Shown: positions 13,942-24,344 of the stretch, in pieces | Numbering within the stretch: position 1 is the stretch's first letter | Layout: the number at the start of each line of letters is the position of its first letter | NCBI GenBank assembly: GCA_918797485.1 | Contig: CAKKNE010000005.1 | Location: forward strand, 3,658,001-3,722,000 | Source: Pelagomonas calceolata | Lineage: Eukaryota | Reading direction: 5' to 3' | DNA: 64,000 bases | Position numbers and translations under genes: made by a program | The notes under the pieces: model-generated | The model's input: the letters and a program-made list of their open reading frames with translations, nothing else | Databases searched by the model: none | What the model was told of the DNA's origin: nothing

Positions 13942-15081
13942 CTAGGACGCGGCGCGGCGGGCGCGTGCGAGCGCCTCGCGTGCCTTCTCCAGCGCAATCG
14001 GCGCATTCGCAAAGCCCGGGTGATTGGTCCCGAACACCCGACGCGAGATCCGAATCACGTCCTCGAGCGTCGCCACAGCCTCCTCGCAATCGCTGATTGA
14101 GGCTCCTTCACCACTATAGAGCGATTTCGCAAGCCTCCACCGAAGTTTGAGCGTCTCTACGTGGTTGGCGCCGTGGTGGGACACGGAAAACGCAATCACG
14201 TCGGGTAGAAATGCTTTTGCCTCGGCGAAACGACCGAGGTCGTTGAGCGACTCTGCAACATTACCACCGTATATCACCGCCATTGGGTCATCGGGATGGC
14301 AATGGCCGGCCCGGACGTAAACCAACTGTTTGTTATAGGCGTCATGTTGCATGGCTAGCCCCAGCTCAGGACGGCCTAGATCCGCATAACACACAGCAAT
14401 AGAGTTCATCGTGTTGGCACAGCAGCGTGCGTCATCCCCACAGCGCTGCTGTGCGGATAAGACCGACTTGTAGATTGCGAGGGAGTCTGTTATCTTGCCC
14501 ACGCCATGTAGCCCCGCCGCGACATTGCCCATCGAGTAGATCCGAAGCCTATCCTTCTCTGGCCTGTGAATGTTCGATTTCCAGGCCCCCCACCCGAGCG
14601 CGCACTTCACGACGCCGTGGTACATCTGCTTGCACAGCCGACAATGATCATATTGCAAAGCGCACATACCTACCGCATTCGTACCTCTATTGCTTCTTTC
14701 CGCCTGCTCGACAGAAACCTTCGCCTGCTCCACCAAGCAAGATACGTGCGCGAAACCCGCCGTCCCGCGGCACGCGCATCCGCGCACGAGACCCTCTCCC
14801 GTGCGAAAATGGACGTCTTCCGTGCAGATGTAGCACGTCTGGCCCTTCGTGTCCTCGGCGCACGCCTCGACCGCGACCGCGACGGCCTCCTTGTATTTTT
14901 TGTCGGCGTGGTATTTTTCCGCGTTGCCGCCGCGGTGTATTTCCTTACAAATCTGCTTATGGCCGCGGCGCCAGTGGTCCATCTGGCAAGTCCGATTGCA
15001 GTATCTGACCTTGCACCGCGCACACTTCGGCGCGTCGTGGGCCAGTGGGGCGGCGCAGGCGGCGCAGTTTGTGGGGATCAT
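13942..15081 (-). CDS. MYND zinc finger + RING-variant + TPR-like protein
   Basis: CAAC..CARC..YCNRTCQMDHW..HKQIC (MYND); CYIC..CACRG..AHVSCL (RING-CH-like); kinesin-light-chain-like TPR helices; intronless. Confidence 0.85.
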   Translation of the reverse strand: MIPTNCAACAAPLAHDAPKCARCKVRYCNRTCQMDHWRRGHKQICKEIHRGGNAEKYHADKKYKEAVAVAVEACAEDTKGQTCYICTEDVHFRTGEGLVRGCACRGTAGFAHVSCLVEQAKVSVEQAERSNRGTNAVGMCALQYDHCRLCKQMYHGVVKCALGWGAWKSNIHRPEKDRLRIYSMGNVAAGLHGVGKITDSLAIYKSVLSAQQRCGDDARCCANTMNSIAVCYADLGRPELGLAMQHDAYNKQLVYVRAGHCHPDDPMAVIYGGNVAESLNDLGRFAEAKAFLPDVIAFSVSHHGANHVETLKLRWRLAKSLYSGEGASISDCEEAVATLEDVIRISRRVFGTNHPGFANAPIALEKAREALARARRAAS

Positions 15082-15289
15082 CTTGCGTTTTGCGGTGAGT
15101 TTTTGCGTTTGCGGGGCGCTTTGACTCGGCTTGAAAAACCCGTTTTTTCACCTCACACGCCGCGACGCGAACGCTCTACAGACGCCGTGGCCTCTCAATC
15201 GAGGGTTGCCGAGTCTTTAAGCTACGCACAACGCCATCGCCGCGCCTAAACTTCGAGTTCAGGAGAGTTAAATACGACGTCCTTACACG

Positions 15290-16525
15290 CTAGTTCGTCA
15301 TGACCTGCGGCCCGTCCGCCGGCACCTGCTGCTGGAAGTGCACGTTCTCCGTGAACTCCAGATAGACGGAGAAGAGCACGTGCAGCGACTCCACGATCGA
15401 GTCATACACCGGCACGTCGAGCAGGCCGCAGGCGATCTTCGCGAATTCGGCCAGAGTGACTTCCAAATTTTCATCAGGTAAAGGCGTCGTCTTGAGCAGC
15501 TCCTCGAACTCGGGCTCCCATTCCTCCATGAGCTTATCAATATCCGGCATAGCTTTTCGGTAATGGACCTGGGGCGGCGGCTTCGATCGGTGCAGGTCCT
15601 CGATGGATTTGATCCACCTATCGATCTCCTGGGGATTCTTGGCGGCATTTTCGATGCTTCTGACAGCCACGTCGCCGTGCTGCTTTTTGGAGACTGCACG
15701 CAGCTGCAATTCGAGCACGGTCGCATCGGACTGCGCCGCCGCCGGCTCGTCGAGAACCTGCAGGCCGAGGTTGTCCTTCTGGCCGTCGGGCCGCGGCACC
15801 TTGAGGAACGCGTCCATCTCGCCGACCGCCGGGATGTAGTCGGGTACGAAACACTTGAGCGTCGACTCGAGCTCGACCTCGTGCGCGGCGTATCTCCCGA
15901 TGTACTGGAACAGGTCGCGCACGTCCGCTGACACATTGAGGTCGGCGTAGTCGTCCGGGTTGTACGCGCCCTCGACTTCGGTCGGCGCCTGCTTCTGGGG
16001 CGGGTCCTCGTCGTCCTCCTCCTCGTCCTCGTCGTCGTCGTCACTGGAAGACGACTGCTGCGCCATCATCCCCATGCCCATGCTGCCGGACTGCTTCGGC
16101 GACGGCCTGGCGGCTTGCGGGCGCTCAGGCGAACTGCGCGCGGGCGGCTGCTTGCTGAAGGCCGCCGCCGGCCGCGCCGGGCTGCTGCTTTTCTCTTCAG
16201 TCGTACTTACAGAATTCTCGGAGTCGTCCAGGTCCTCAGCCTCGTCAAATGGATTGTTGTGGAAGACGGCATTCCCCTTCGACGCCGGCGCGCCGCGCGC
16301 CGCCGCCTTGGGGCTCGGGGCGCCGCCCTTGGCGCCCGCGTCGCCTCCTTTTGCGCCGGCGTAGGCCTTGGGCGACGGCTTGCCGTCCGCGAGCGACGAC
16401 GCCTCGCTCTCCTGCGACAGCTCGAGGGCCTCATCGTACGGCATGTTCTGTATAACGTCGCCACCCCCGCCCCGCCGACCGGGGCTCGGCTCGTACTCAT
16501 CGTCGGACGCAGTGGAGCGCGGCAT
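15290..16525 (-). CDS. IFT46: Intraflagellar transport protein 46
   Basis: Acidic N-terminus, then YNPDDYADL..LFQYIGRY, LKCFVPDYIPAVGEMDAFLKVPRPDG, MPDIDKLMEEW, SLHVLFSVYLEF. Confidence 0.95.
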   Translation of the reverse strand: MPRSTASDDEYEPSPGRRGGGGDVIQNMPYDEALELSQESEASSLADGKPSPKAYAGAKGGDAGAKGGAPSPKAAARGAPASKGNAVFHNNPFDEAEDLDDSENSVSTTEEKSSSPARPAAAFSKQPPARSSPERPQAARPSPKQSGSMGMGMMAQQSSSSDDDDEDEEEDDEDPPQKQAPTEVEGAYNPDDYADLNVSADVRDLFQYIGRYAAHEVELESTLKCFVPDYIPAVGEMDAFLKVPRPDGQKDNLGLQVLDEPAAAQSDATVLELQLRAVSKKQHGDVAVRSIENAAKNPQEIDRWIKSIEDLHRSKPPPQVHYRKAMPDIDKLMEEWEPEFEELLKTTPLPDENLEVTLAEFAKIACGLLDVPVYDSIVESLHVLFSVYLEFTENVHFQQQVPADGPQVMTN

Positions 16526-16923
16526 CTTGTCTGGCGGCGCGGTGATCTGTTTGGGCGGCGCGTGCGCTCCCCGCGCTCGCGGGCAGGCTGCTTTGTTTTT
16601 GGCAGCGGTGCGGCGTCTCCTCGCGCGGGGGCTGGAGCTCGGCTGCGCTACGTTCAGGCACGTCCGTCTGGCTCTACGGGGCAGCCCCGGCGGGATTTAT
16701 CCGCTTTGTGGGGCAGGCTTTACGGCCTCGCGGCAGGTGCTCAGTTTTGTATTTCTAGCCGTTGAGGAGGGGGAATTGCCCGGCACCCCTCCCGCCCGGC
16801 GCCCGACATACGCCGGGGGACTTATCCTCACGTCTTACTCGCGCACCTTTCCGATGGGAAGCTCACCTGACTGGGCCGCGCGCCCGCGGTGGGCGGGAGG
16901 ACTCAAGATCACTACAACAGGGA

Positions 16924-18156
16924 TTACGCAGACTTCGCGAAGACACATGAGAAGCAAGCCGGCGGCGCGTCAACGGGCGGCGGCGGCATCGCCGGGCTTG
17001 CGGGCGTGGTGGGGCTCGGCGCTCGCGAAGAGGGCGCGGCCGTCGAGCCGCCGGCGGGATCAACAGCGCCGCCGAGGCAGCGCGCGATGGAGTCGTCGCC
17101 GAGGGCCGCGCGTTCGAGCGCTGCCACGGTCACGGAGCCCGAGCGCGCGGCGAGGACCGCGGCGCGCGCGACGAGCGACGTGTCTTCGTCGTCACCACCG
17201 AGCGCGCGGGCGGCGTCGAGCGCCTCGGAAGCTTCCAGAACACCATCGCCATCGACGTCATACGACAAGAGGCGCCGGCGAAGTTCGGCGCGCGTCAGCG
17301 TGGCCGCGGTACCCACGGCGTGCCGCAAATCATCACCGAGGAGGGCGCTCACGTCCTCGCGGCGGCTCAGCCGCTCGATCTCGCGCGCCAGCGCCCCCGC
17401 GTCGGCGTCGCGGCACAGATCCGAAACGACGTCGTGGGCCAGTGCACTGGTGTTGTCGCCCTTCTGCCGCCGGCGCGCGGCGGCCACCAGCGTCTCGCGC
17501 GCGACGCCCACACAGGCGACGAGGGCGCGGAGGAGGCCCACTTCGCCCGCCGCGAAGACGTGATCCCAGACCACGACCAGCGCGTCGAGCGGCAGCGTGC
17601 CGGCGAGCGCATCACACAGGAGTCCTGGAGTGAGGGTCTCCATGGCAAACGCCAGCGGCGCGGCACCGACGACGGCCGCGACGTCTGAGTAGGCGACGGC
17701 GACGGCCTCGGCGACGGCGCGGCCCGCCGCCGGCAGGCGCCGACTATCACACGCGTCGGCGAGCGTCCTCACGAGCGCGGCGGCGCCTTCGTCGTCGTCG
17801 ACGAAGAGGCGTACGACGCACGCGAGCGTCGCGAGGTCCTCGACGTCGCCCGGCGCCGCCTCGGAGGAATCGTCCGTCAACACCATGCTTTCGAGGGCCC
17901 GACGTGCGCCGAGCGCGATCGCGTCGTCGTCAGTCGTTCCGCGATGCGATGCGGCGGCACAGGCCGCCTCGAGCGCGTCTCTGCCGCACGGTCCCGCGAG
18001 CGTGCGTACAGCGCCGTCGTCGTCGCACCTCTCCAGCCACCGCCGGCCGACGCGCAGCGCCGCGTCCCGGAGGCCCAGGAGCTCAGCGGTGGTGAGCGGT
18101 TCGGTCGACGCGCCGTCGTCGCGGTGACGGCCCAGGAGTGAGGATATGAAATTCAT
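16924..18156 (-). CDS. Hypothetical protein with degenerate TBC/Rab-GAP-like C-terminal motif and EF-hand
   Basis: LPLDALVVVWDHVFAAGEVGLLR resembles the TBC end; DVDGDGVLEASE is an EF loop; start taken at MNFISS. Confidence 0.6.
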   Translation of the reverse strand: MNFISSLLGRHRDDGASTEPLTTAELLGLRDAALRVGRRWLERCDDDGAVRTLAGPCGRDALEAACAAASHRGTTDDDAIALGARRALESMVLTDDSSEAAPGDVEDLATLACVVRLFVDDDEGAAALVRTLADACDSRRLPAAGRAVAEAVAVAYSDVAAVVGAAPLAFAMETLTPGLLCDALAGTLPLDALVVVWDHVFAAGEVGLLRALVACVGVARETLVAAARRRQKGDNTSALAHDVVSDLCRDADAGALAREIERLSRREDVSALLGDDLRHAVGTAATLTRAELRRRLLSYDVDGDGVLEASEALDAARALGGDDEDTSLVARAAVLAARSGSVTVAALERAALGDDSIARCLGGAVDPAGGSTAAPSSRAPSPTTPASPAMPPPPVDAPPACFSCVFAKSA

Positions 18157-18348
18157 TCGCACGCGTTCGTTTTCGCAACGCTGCGCGTTCGCGTCCCGTA
18201 CAAAAATGCTTCCGGGCGTTTGTCGTGCGTGCAAATTACTGGCTCGTTCAAATTGGTCCGAGATGCAGGCTAAGGCAACGTTGTTGTCGTACTGCTTCAG
18301 TCCACAGCTGGCTGAAGTAATAATGATGCGTACGCAGAGTTGTGATTG

Positions 18349-18370
18349 CTAGTGTCTTACGGACCGCTAG
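18349..18370. promoter_or_regulatory. CTAG-box, divergent promoter
   Basis: CTAGTGTCTTACGGACCGCTAG. Confidence 0.65.
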
Positions 18371-18548
18371 CAAGATTATTTTTTGCGTCCTGTCCCCTGC
18401 AATCGGCACGCAAACAGCGCGAGTAAAGAGACCCAGCACGCAGCGCTTGTGGTTTGTGCTCTCCGATCCAGATCGCAGCGCTGCACGCCGACGACGCGCG
18501 ACTGCAAGCCGCCTACCACTGCGTTGCAGCGCCCAGCAGCGCGTCACG

Positions 18549-20384
18549 ATGATGCGCGGCGCAAGACCCCTCGCACGCGCCGCGCGGCGCTTATCGACGA
18601 GCTGCGAGGGCAAAGCGTATGCAGGTGCCATGACGAAAGTAGTATGCACGCTAGGACCAGCCACCGAAACGCAGGAACGCGTGCAGGAGCTCTGCGACGC
18701 GGGCATGGCCTGCGCTAGATTAAATTTCAGTCACGTCACGGACTATTCCGAGCCCGCCGCGAAGATGGAGTTAGTGAGAGCCGCAAGAGGCGAGCACGCG
18801 AAGCTCGAGGGCACCATACATGATGCCGGATCTAGACATGCGAATCTCCGAGCGGTTTTGTTGGATACGAAGGGCCCGGAAGTACGGACGGGCACGTTGC
18901 CGGGCAACGCCGACTCCTTTATCATCGAGGACGGCATGGAGGTCATTTGCACGTTCGACGACGTTTCTTCGGATCCCGAAGTGAAGGCAGGAGACAGTAC
19001 GTGCCGGCTGCACGTGGACTACGAGTCCTTGCCTTCTACCGTTGCAGTAGGCTCGAAAATACTGTTGGATGACGGCTTGATCTCGCTCCAAGTCACATCT
19101 ATTGGTTCAGACAGCGTCACCGCCATCGCCGAGAACAGTGGACCGATCAAAGCCAGGAAGGGCGTGAATCTACCCGGGAGTATCTTGGACCTACCCGCAT
19201 TAACCCCAAAAGACAAGGAGGACATCCAGTGGGCCGTGGAGACGGGCGCCGATTTCGTCGCTCTATCTTTTGTGCGAAGCGCGAGGAACGTGCGGAGCTG
19301 CCGAGCTTTTATGGAAAGATGCTGCCCGGACCAGAAGACGCGCATGCCTCAAATAATATCAAAAATTGAGAACCAGGAAGGGGTGGATAATTTCGACGAG
19401 ATCCTCGAAGCAAGCGACGGCGTCATGGTCGCGCGCGGCGATCTGGGCGTGGAGATCGACTTTGAGAAGGTATTTGCGGCTCAAAGATACATGGTCGACG
19501 CGTGCAATAGGGTCGGGAAGCCCGTCATCGTCGCGACGCAGATGCTCGACAGCATGATGAGGCAACCTAGACCTACCAGAGCGGAGGTCACGGACGTCGC
19601 GGCCGCCGTGTTGGACGGTGCGGACGCCGTCATGCTGTCGGGCGAGACGGCCGCGGGCAAGTATCCCATCGAGAGTTTACAGGCGATGAAGTCGATCATA
19701 AGGGAGGCGGACGCGATCATCGACGGGAAGAGTAGGGAGGGCGAGACCTCTGGTAAAAGTTATGCTCGTAGCGCTCAAAAGTCGGCGAACGTCGTGCCTC
19801 TCCAAGATGTCGAATTGGACGCCGTGGCGCGCGCGGCGTGTCGGGCCGCCGACGCGCTCGACGCGAAGCTCATTACGTGCGTGACGCGCTCGGGGCAGCT
19901 CGCCAAGGCCGTGGCGCGGCACCGGCCGTCTATCCCCATCGTCGCGTTCTGCTACACGGCGGAGGTCGGCCGGTCGTTGGCTTTACATAGGGCGGTGACG
20001 CCGATCCTGCTCGACGCGGTCCGTGGCTCGGAGCAGAAAATGGACTTGAACGTGACGCGGTCGCGGCGATGGCGTCTTCATGAGACCGCATCGCCTCGAC
20101 GCCGTCGACGTGGCCGTCAGAGAGTCTACGCGTCTCGTGAATGTACAGAGGCAGTTTCGCGACGCCGTCGTTCCGCGCAGGGCGCCGAGAACCCCTACGA
20201 GAAGGGCACGTCCATGGGTCTCCTGCGGGCGGAATCCATTCGGACGTGCCGCGAGCTCGGGTACGTCACGGACGGCGACCGCGTCGTCTCCGTCGACCGC
20301 GCGCTGGGCAAGGCCCACGACGCCTTCGCCGTGGCGCAAACGCTCAAGATCTACACGGTCAGCGCCGAGGGCGGCGACATCTAG
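18549..20384 (+). CDS. PK: Pyruvate kinase, probable mitochondrial presequence; intron 20019-20180
   Basis: TKVVCTLGP, ARLNFSH, DTKGPEVRTG, SKIENQEG, MVARGDLGVE, ATQMLDSM, MLSGETA; Arg-rich N-terminus MMRGARPLARAARRLS. Confidence 0.95.
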   Translation: MMRGARPLARAARRLSTSCEGKAYAGAMTKVVCTLGPATETQERVQELCDAGMACARLNFSHVTDYSEPAAKMELVRAARGEHAKLEGTIHDAGSRHANLRAVLLDTKGPEVRTGTLPGNADSFIIEDGMEVICTFDDVSSDPEVKAGDSTCRLHVDYESLPSTVAVGSKILLDDGLISLQVTSIGSDSVTAIAENSGPIKARKGVNLPGSILDLPALTPKDKEDIQWAVETGADFVALSFVRSARNVRSCRAFMERCCPDQKTRMPQIISKIENQEGVDNFDEILEASDGVMVARGDLGVEIDFEKVFAAQRYMVDACNRVGKPVIVATQMLDSMMRQPRPTRAEVTDVAAAVLDGADAVMLSGETAAGKYPIESLQAMKSIIREADAIIDGKSREGETSGKSYARSAQKSANVVPLQDVELDAVARAACRAADALDAKLITCVTRSGQLAKAVARHRPSIPIVAFCYTAEVGRSLALHRAVTPILLDAVRGSEQKMDLNVTRSRRWRLHETASPRRRRRGRQRVYASRECTEAVSRRRRSAQGAENPYEKGTSMGLLRAESIRTCRELGYVTDGDRVVSVDRALGKAHDAFAVAQTLKIYTVSAEGGDI

Positions 20385-20648
20385 TAGCGCGCGGCGTCTC
20401 TCTCTTTTCATCGAGAGTGGGGAATGAGGACATCAATCTCTTGGAACACATCGCTGCGTTCTTGTCGAGCCGCGGGGAGTGATGTCTCTTGTGGCGCTGA
20501 GATGCTACGATTCTGCAATTCCGACCCCACGTCGTTCGGACGTCGCGCGCGCTCGTCGTTATTTATTGGGTGTGATGATTGTTCCGCGCAGGCTTGCAAG
20601 CGCACCGCGTTTTTTTGTACTATTGTTCGTAGTGCACATAATCCCCCC

Positions 20649-21407
20649 CTAATTATCTTCTCGCCAGTAGCTCAGCACCGTCCAGCAGGCGCCGTTCGGG
20701 AGACGCGCGATGCGCTCGTTGAGACTATTTGTTTTGGCACGCCCGCGAACGAGCAGGGACCGGAAGCGCAGGAATTCGCGGTGAGGGGCTCGGGCGTACC
20801 GCTTGTAGGAGCCGTGCTCGCGGACGCCGGCCAAGATTTCTTGGCATTTGATGAAGTCCTCGTCGTCGCCGACGTCGCTGTAAATGTAACCATGATCTTC
20901 ATTCAGAACCTCTTCGACCGACAACTCGCCCTCGCACCGATCCGGTGACGCACCGGCCCGGAGCAACGCAACGAAAATCTCTCTAAAACTTGACATTTCC
21001 GCTTGAGATACAGCATTTAGAAGTATTCCGAGGGGGGTGCAGTGACTTGGGTATCCGTGACTGCCTGTTCTCGCATTCACGCTGGCTCCAGCCTGTAACA
21101 GTAGTGAAACCATCTCTGCCGAATGTGGTCCTAGTGGATAGTAGCATGCAAAGTGCAGCGGGGCATAGTCATCCGGGCCAGTTAAATTGACGTCGGCACC
21201 GCGGGAAATCAGGAATCGAGCAAGCTCGACGTGATCGGGGTCGATATCTCCATATAAGGACATGGAACGTTGGAGAGGTGTGTGTCCTTCAGCACAGACG
21301 TCATTGACGGCACCCGGTCCCGCGTCGTCGAGCCACGCCTTTAGCGCGGCATCGCCAAGATCGTACGGGCGATCCAATTCGTCGACGACGTCTACTGGTA
21401 CAACCAT
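20649..21407 (-). CDS. Ankyrin-repeat protein
   Basis: GHTPLQ, ARFLISRGADVN, APLHFAC, LLLQAGASVNA, TPLG; intronless. Confidence 0.85.
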   Translation of the reverse strand: MVVPVDVVDELDRPYDLGDAALKAWLDDAGPGAVNDVCAEGHTPLQRSMSLYGDIDPDHVELARFLISRGADVNLTGPDDYAPLHFACYYPLGPHSAEMVSLLLQAGASVNARTGSHGYPSHCTPLGILLNAVSQAEMSSFREIFVALLRAGASPDRCEGELSVEEVLNEDHGYIYSDVGDDEDFIKCQEILAGVREHGSYKRYARAPHREFLRFRSLLVRGRAKTNSLNERIARLPNGACWTVLSYWREDN

Positions 21408-21631
21408 CGTGAAAGTGGCAATGCGGTCGCGAGATAACGTGTCGTCGAGGCGCGCGCGTGACAAAGAGCCTCGAGTGAGTGTCGAGTCCGATTTGACGAC
21501 CTGTAGGCCACCACAGGTGGCCTCAACTCGTGACAGTGGTCGTCAGGCCGCCAAAAATATCAGGCTCGTCTCCGCTATCGCAGTTGCGCACGAGTCGACG
21601 CGACGACGCCGCGCCCACCTGGGCTTTCTAG

Positions 21632-21653
21632 CTAGTGTCTTACAGGCCGCTAG
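21632..21653. promoter_or_regulatory. CTAG-box, divergent promoter
   Basis: CTAGTGTCTTACAGGCCGCTAG. Confidence 0.65.
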
Positions 21654-21835
21654 CCCCTGGTCGCGCGAGGCCTTTACGAGAGCAACAGCCATTCGCACGC
21701 ATTCTTAACCGCTCGTGGCATCCCTGTCCGGTGAATTGCGCAACTAGCCAGGTCCCTGCAGCGCATCATTCGACCCACAGCTGCACTGCTCTTCACAAAA
21801 GCAAAAACCTTCAAAGCCCTCAGGCAATCGCATAA

Positions 21836-22438
21836 ATGGTTTACGCACGCGCAAGACCAGTGGGAATGATCGTCCTGGCTGTCGCGGTGGCGCTGCAGCC
21901 AGTGCGACGCCCTCACATGCGCACACGCGTCATCCGCGGCGCTCTGCCGATGCGGCCCTCCCCGGATTTGGAGCCAATCGAGATCGTGAACGCGTGCTTC
22001 GGCGGCCTCCGAACGCCGGACGATCCCCTGCCCGACGCCGGCTACGAACGGCTGTTCTACTTTTGCACGTACACGTGTCGGAAGGCGATCACGGCGCGGA
22101 TGGGCGCGGACTCGCTCGCGAACTTCACGAAGCATACAGAACTTTCGCCGGCCGTGCAGCCATTTACGCGCGCGGCTCGCATACGCATCGTCGACGAGCC
22201 GACGATCATTGCGGGCACGCCGACGCGCGGTCCGATGGCTACCGTAGGTGTGGACGTATTTATTGCGCCGAGTATCCGCCACGCGAGTGGCTACGAGAAG
22301 GAGTCGGACGCTCCTGAGGCGCTGCGATTTGCCATCCGGCTCCAGCAGGAGCGGCGACCTCCAAAAAATTGGCTCATCACGGAGATTTTAGATACGCGCT
22401 ACGCGTTCGCGGGCGACACGGGCAACGACCTGCAATAG
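21836..22438 (+). CDS. Hypothetical protein, probably plastid-targeted (start 21836 or 21866)
   Basis: Hydrophobic leader MIVLAVAVAL-QP and basic transit-like segment, then a globular region (PSPDLEPIEIV..). Confidence 0.7.
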   Translation: MVYARARPVGMIVLAVAVALQPVRRPHMRTRVIRGALPMRPSPDLEPIEIVNACFGGLRTPDDPLPDAGYERLFYFCTYTCRKAITARMGADSLANFTKHTELSPAVQPFTRAARIRIVDEPTIIAGTPTRGPMATVGVDVFIAPSIRHASGYEKESDAPEALRFAIRLQQERRPPKNWLITEILDTRYAFAGDTGNDLQ

Positions 22439-22517
22439 TAAGTTTAGATTTGTGTTACGCCGCGACGACGGGTATATGTATGGTCTTTGGAATGGATCGT
22501 CGGCGACGGGTCGATTG

Positions 22518-23914
22518 TTAGCGCCACCGGCGGGGAGCCTTCTTCTCCTCGACCATCAAGTCCGAGATGCCCGAGTAGAGCTTGGCGATGATGTCGCGCT
22601 CCTTGATGAAGAGGCGCTTCGAGGGGGAGATGTCCACGGTGCCGTCGGCGCCGATGGGCGTGTGCTCGCCGCCCGTGCCGCGCACCGAGAGGCCGAGCGG
22701 TTTGCATACTGCCTTGGCTTTGGTCTCCGTGCCGTCGGCCGTGAGGTTCGGGATCTTGACGTGCACTGACGCGCGCATACCTGTGCCCAGGTTGCTGGGG
22801 CAGGACGTGACGTAGCCGTACTTCGACGACGTCGCGAAGGTGATGCCATCGATCGACTCGATGGTGTCGAGCATCGTCTTGAGCCGGTCGAACACCTCGT
22901 TGAGTTTCGTGCCGCGCTTCATGCACATGATTCTCAATTGATCCTCTTCCCCAAACCACACGATGCACTGCTTGTCATCAGACTGCCAGCACCCCCTCCC
23001 GTAGGGCCAGTCGTCGGCGATGCCCGCGGACGCGAGGTACGTGTCCGCCGCCATGTCCTTGAACATGACGTGCTTCTTAACCTGCGTAGATCGAAGACGA
23101 CGTCGCGCCGATGGCGTCGGAAGGGACTCGGACGCCTCACGAGCTCCGCGTACTTCTCCGGCGTAATTAAGTTGGGGTTCTTCTCGCCGTCCCCAAAATC
23201 TGGGGAGAGTGAATAGACCGTGCCGCCGTAGGCCGGGTCCTTCTTCAATTTGTCGAAGGCCTTGAGCATGGCCTTCTCGAAGGCGATGCGCTCCGATTTA
23301 TCCATGGCGCCGGGCAGGTTGAACTGCGTCAGGTTTCGGCCGACGCGCACGCGCATCGACAGTTCTGAGAGACCGAGCTTGGTCACATCCAGAACTCCTT
23401 TGTCTCCGACAGCCGACGCGTCCCAGTCCGTGACATGAGTGGCATCAGCAGAAGCCTTGTGGTACTCCTGGCAGACGGCGTCGAAAAATGGGGCAAACTC
23501 ATCATAATCACTCGGCGCCATGGCGTAGCACCCCAATCCGGAATCGGGGTTCTCCCAGCCCGTCTTCAGGCATTTCAGGAGGCGCGTCTGCTGTGCCGGG
23601 TCGAGCGTCGCGAAGTACTCAAAATCAAATTTTTGTATGGCTATATTGTCGGGCATCGTCGCCTTGACCTTCGCGATCTTCGCGAGCTCCTCGCCATGTG
23701 CGAGTACAGAGAGCAGTTTCTTCGAGGCCTCGTCGGCTTGGATTGAGGGCGCTGCGGCGTGGCCTTCGTCAGCTCTAGGCGCCATGCAGGCAATGGCAGC
23801 CACTCCGACACCGCCTGCGATCAGGAAGCCGCTGCCATCCCCCGCGGCAGCGGTCGAGAGCTGCCTTGCATGCCGGGCAGCCCGGCGCGACGCCGACGCG
23901 AAGCGGGAGAACAT
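22518..23914 (-). CDS. ATP:guanido phosphotransferase (phosphagen kinase); intron 23082-23140
   Basis: GWENPDSGLGCYA, SMRVRVGRNL, DWPYGRG, WFGEEDQLRI, CPSNLGTGMRASVH, RGTGGEH; GT-AG intron joins the two ORFs in frame (YAEL|VKKHVMF). Confidence 0.93.
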
Positions 23915-24344
23915 TTTGTGCACAGATCCCGGGTGCTCTCGATGGCGAGCTTGGCTTCGCGGAGCATGGGCATGCTCCAAACGAGCCCCGCACCGAAAGG
24001 ACGTGTACTAGACGTCCAAATGAGACTTTAGATGCCGCCGACAATGATCTGAAATGCAGTCCTGAAACAGCTCCGTAGACAACTGATTGACCGGTGATTT
24101 TGAAGGTCGAGGCAGACCGACTCCGGGACCGAGACGACGCGGCGCCGCGCGCAACGAACGAGTAGCCAAACACAGCGCAACGCAGCACAGCGCATTCGTT
24201 TGATACGTGCGCGCTGCTCCACGACAGATTGTGCGTTCGCGCCGTCTGCAGCGCTCCCTGAGGCGCTAAGTGCATATCAGCCGCGCTGCCGCTAAGCGGC
24301 GCGAACACGTACGCCGCGCACACGTGGACGCGCAGTACTAAACC

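Noticed and set aside
16368..17633. Long Arg/Ala-rich antisense or alternative-frame ORFs here and throughout the window
   Set aside because: Shadow ORFs expected at high GC opposite real genes.
24008..24031. Possible CTAG-box in the phosphagen kinase/RAD54 divergent promoter
   Set aside because: CTAG..TTAG spacing fits but the internal sequence matches too poorly; not counted.
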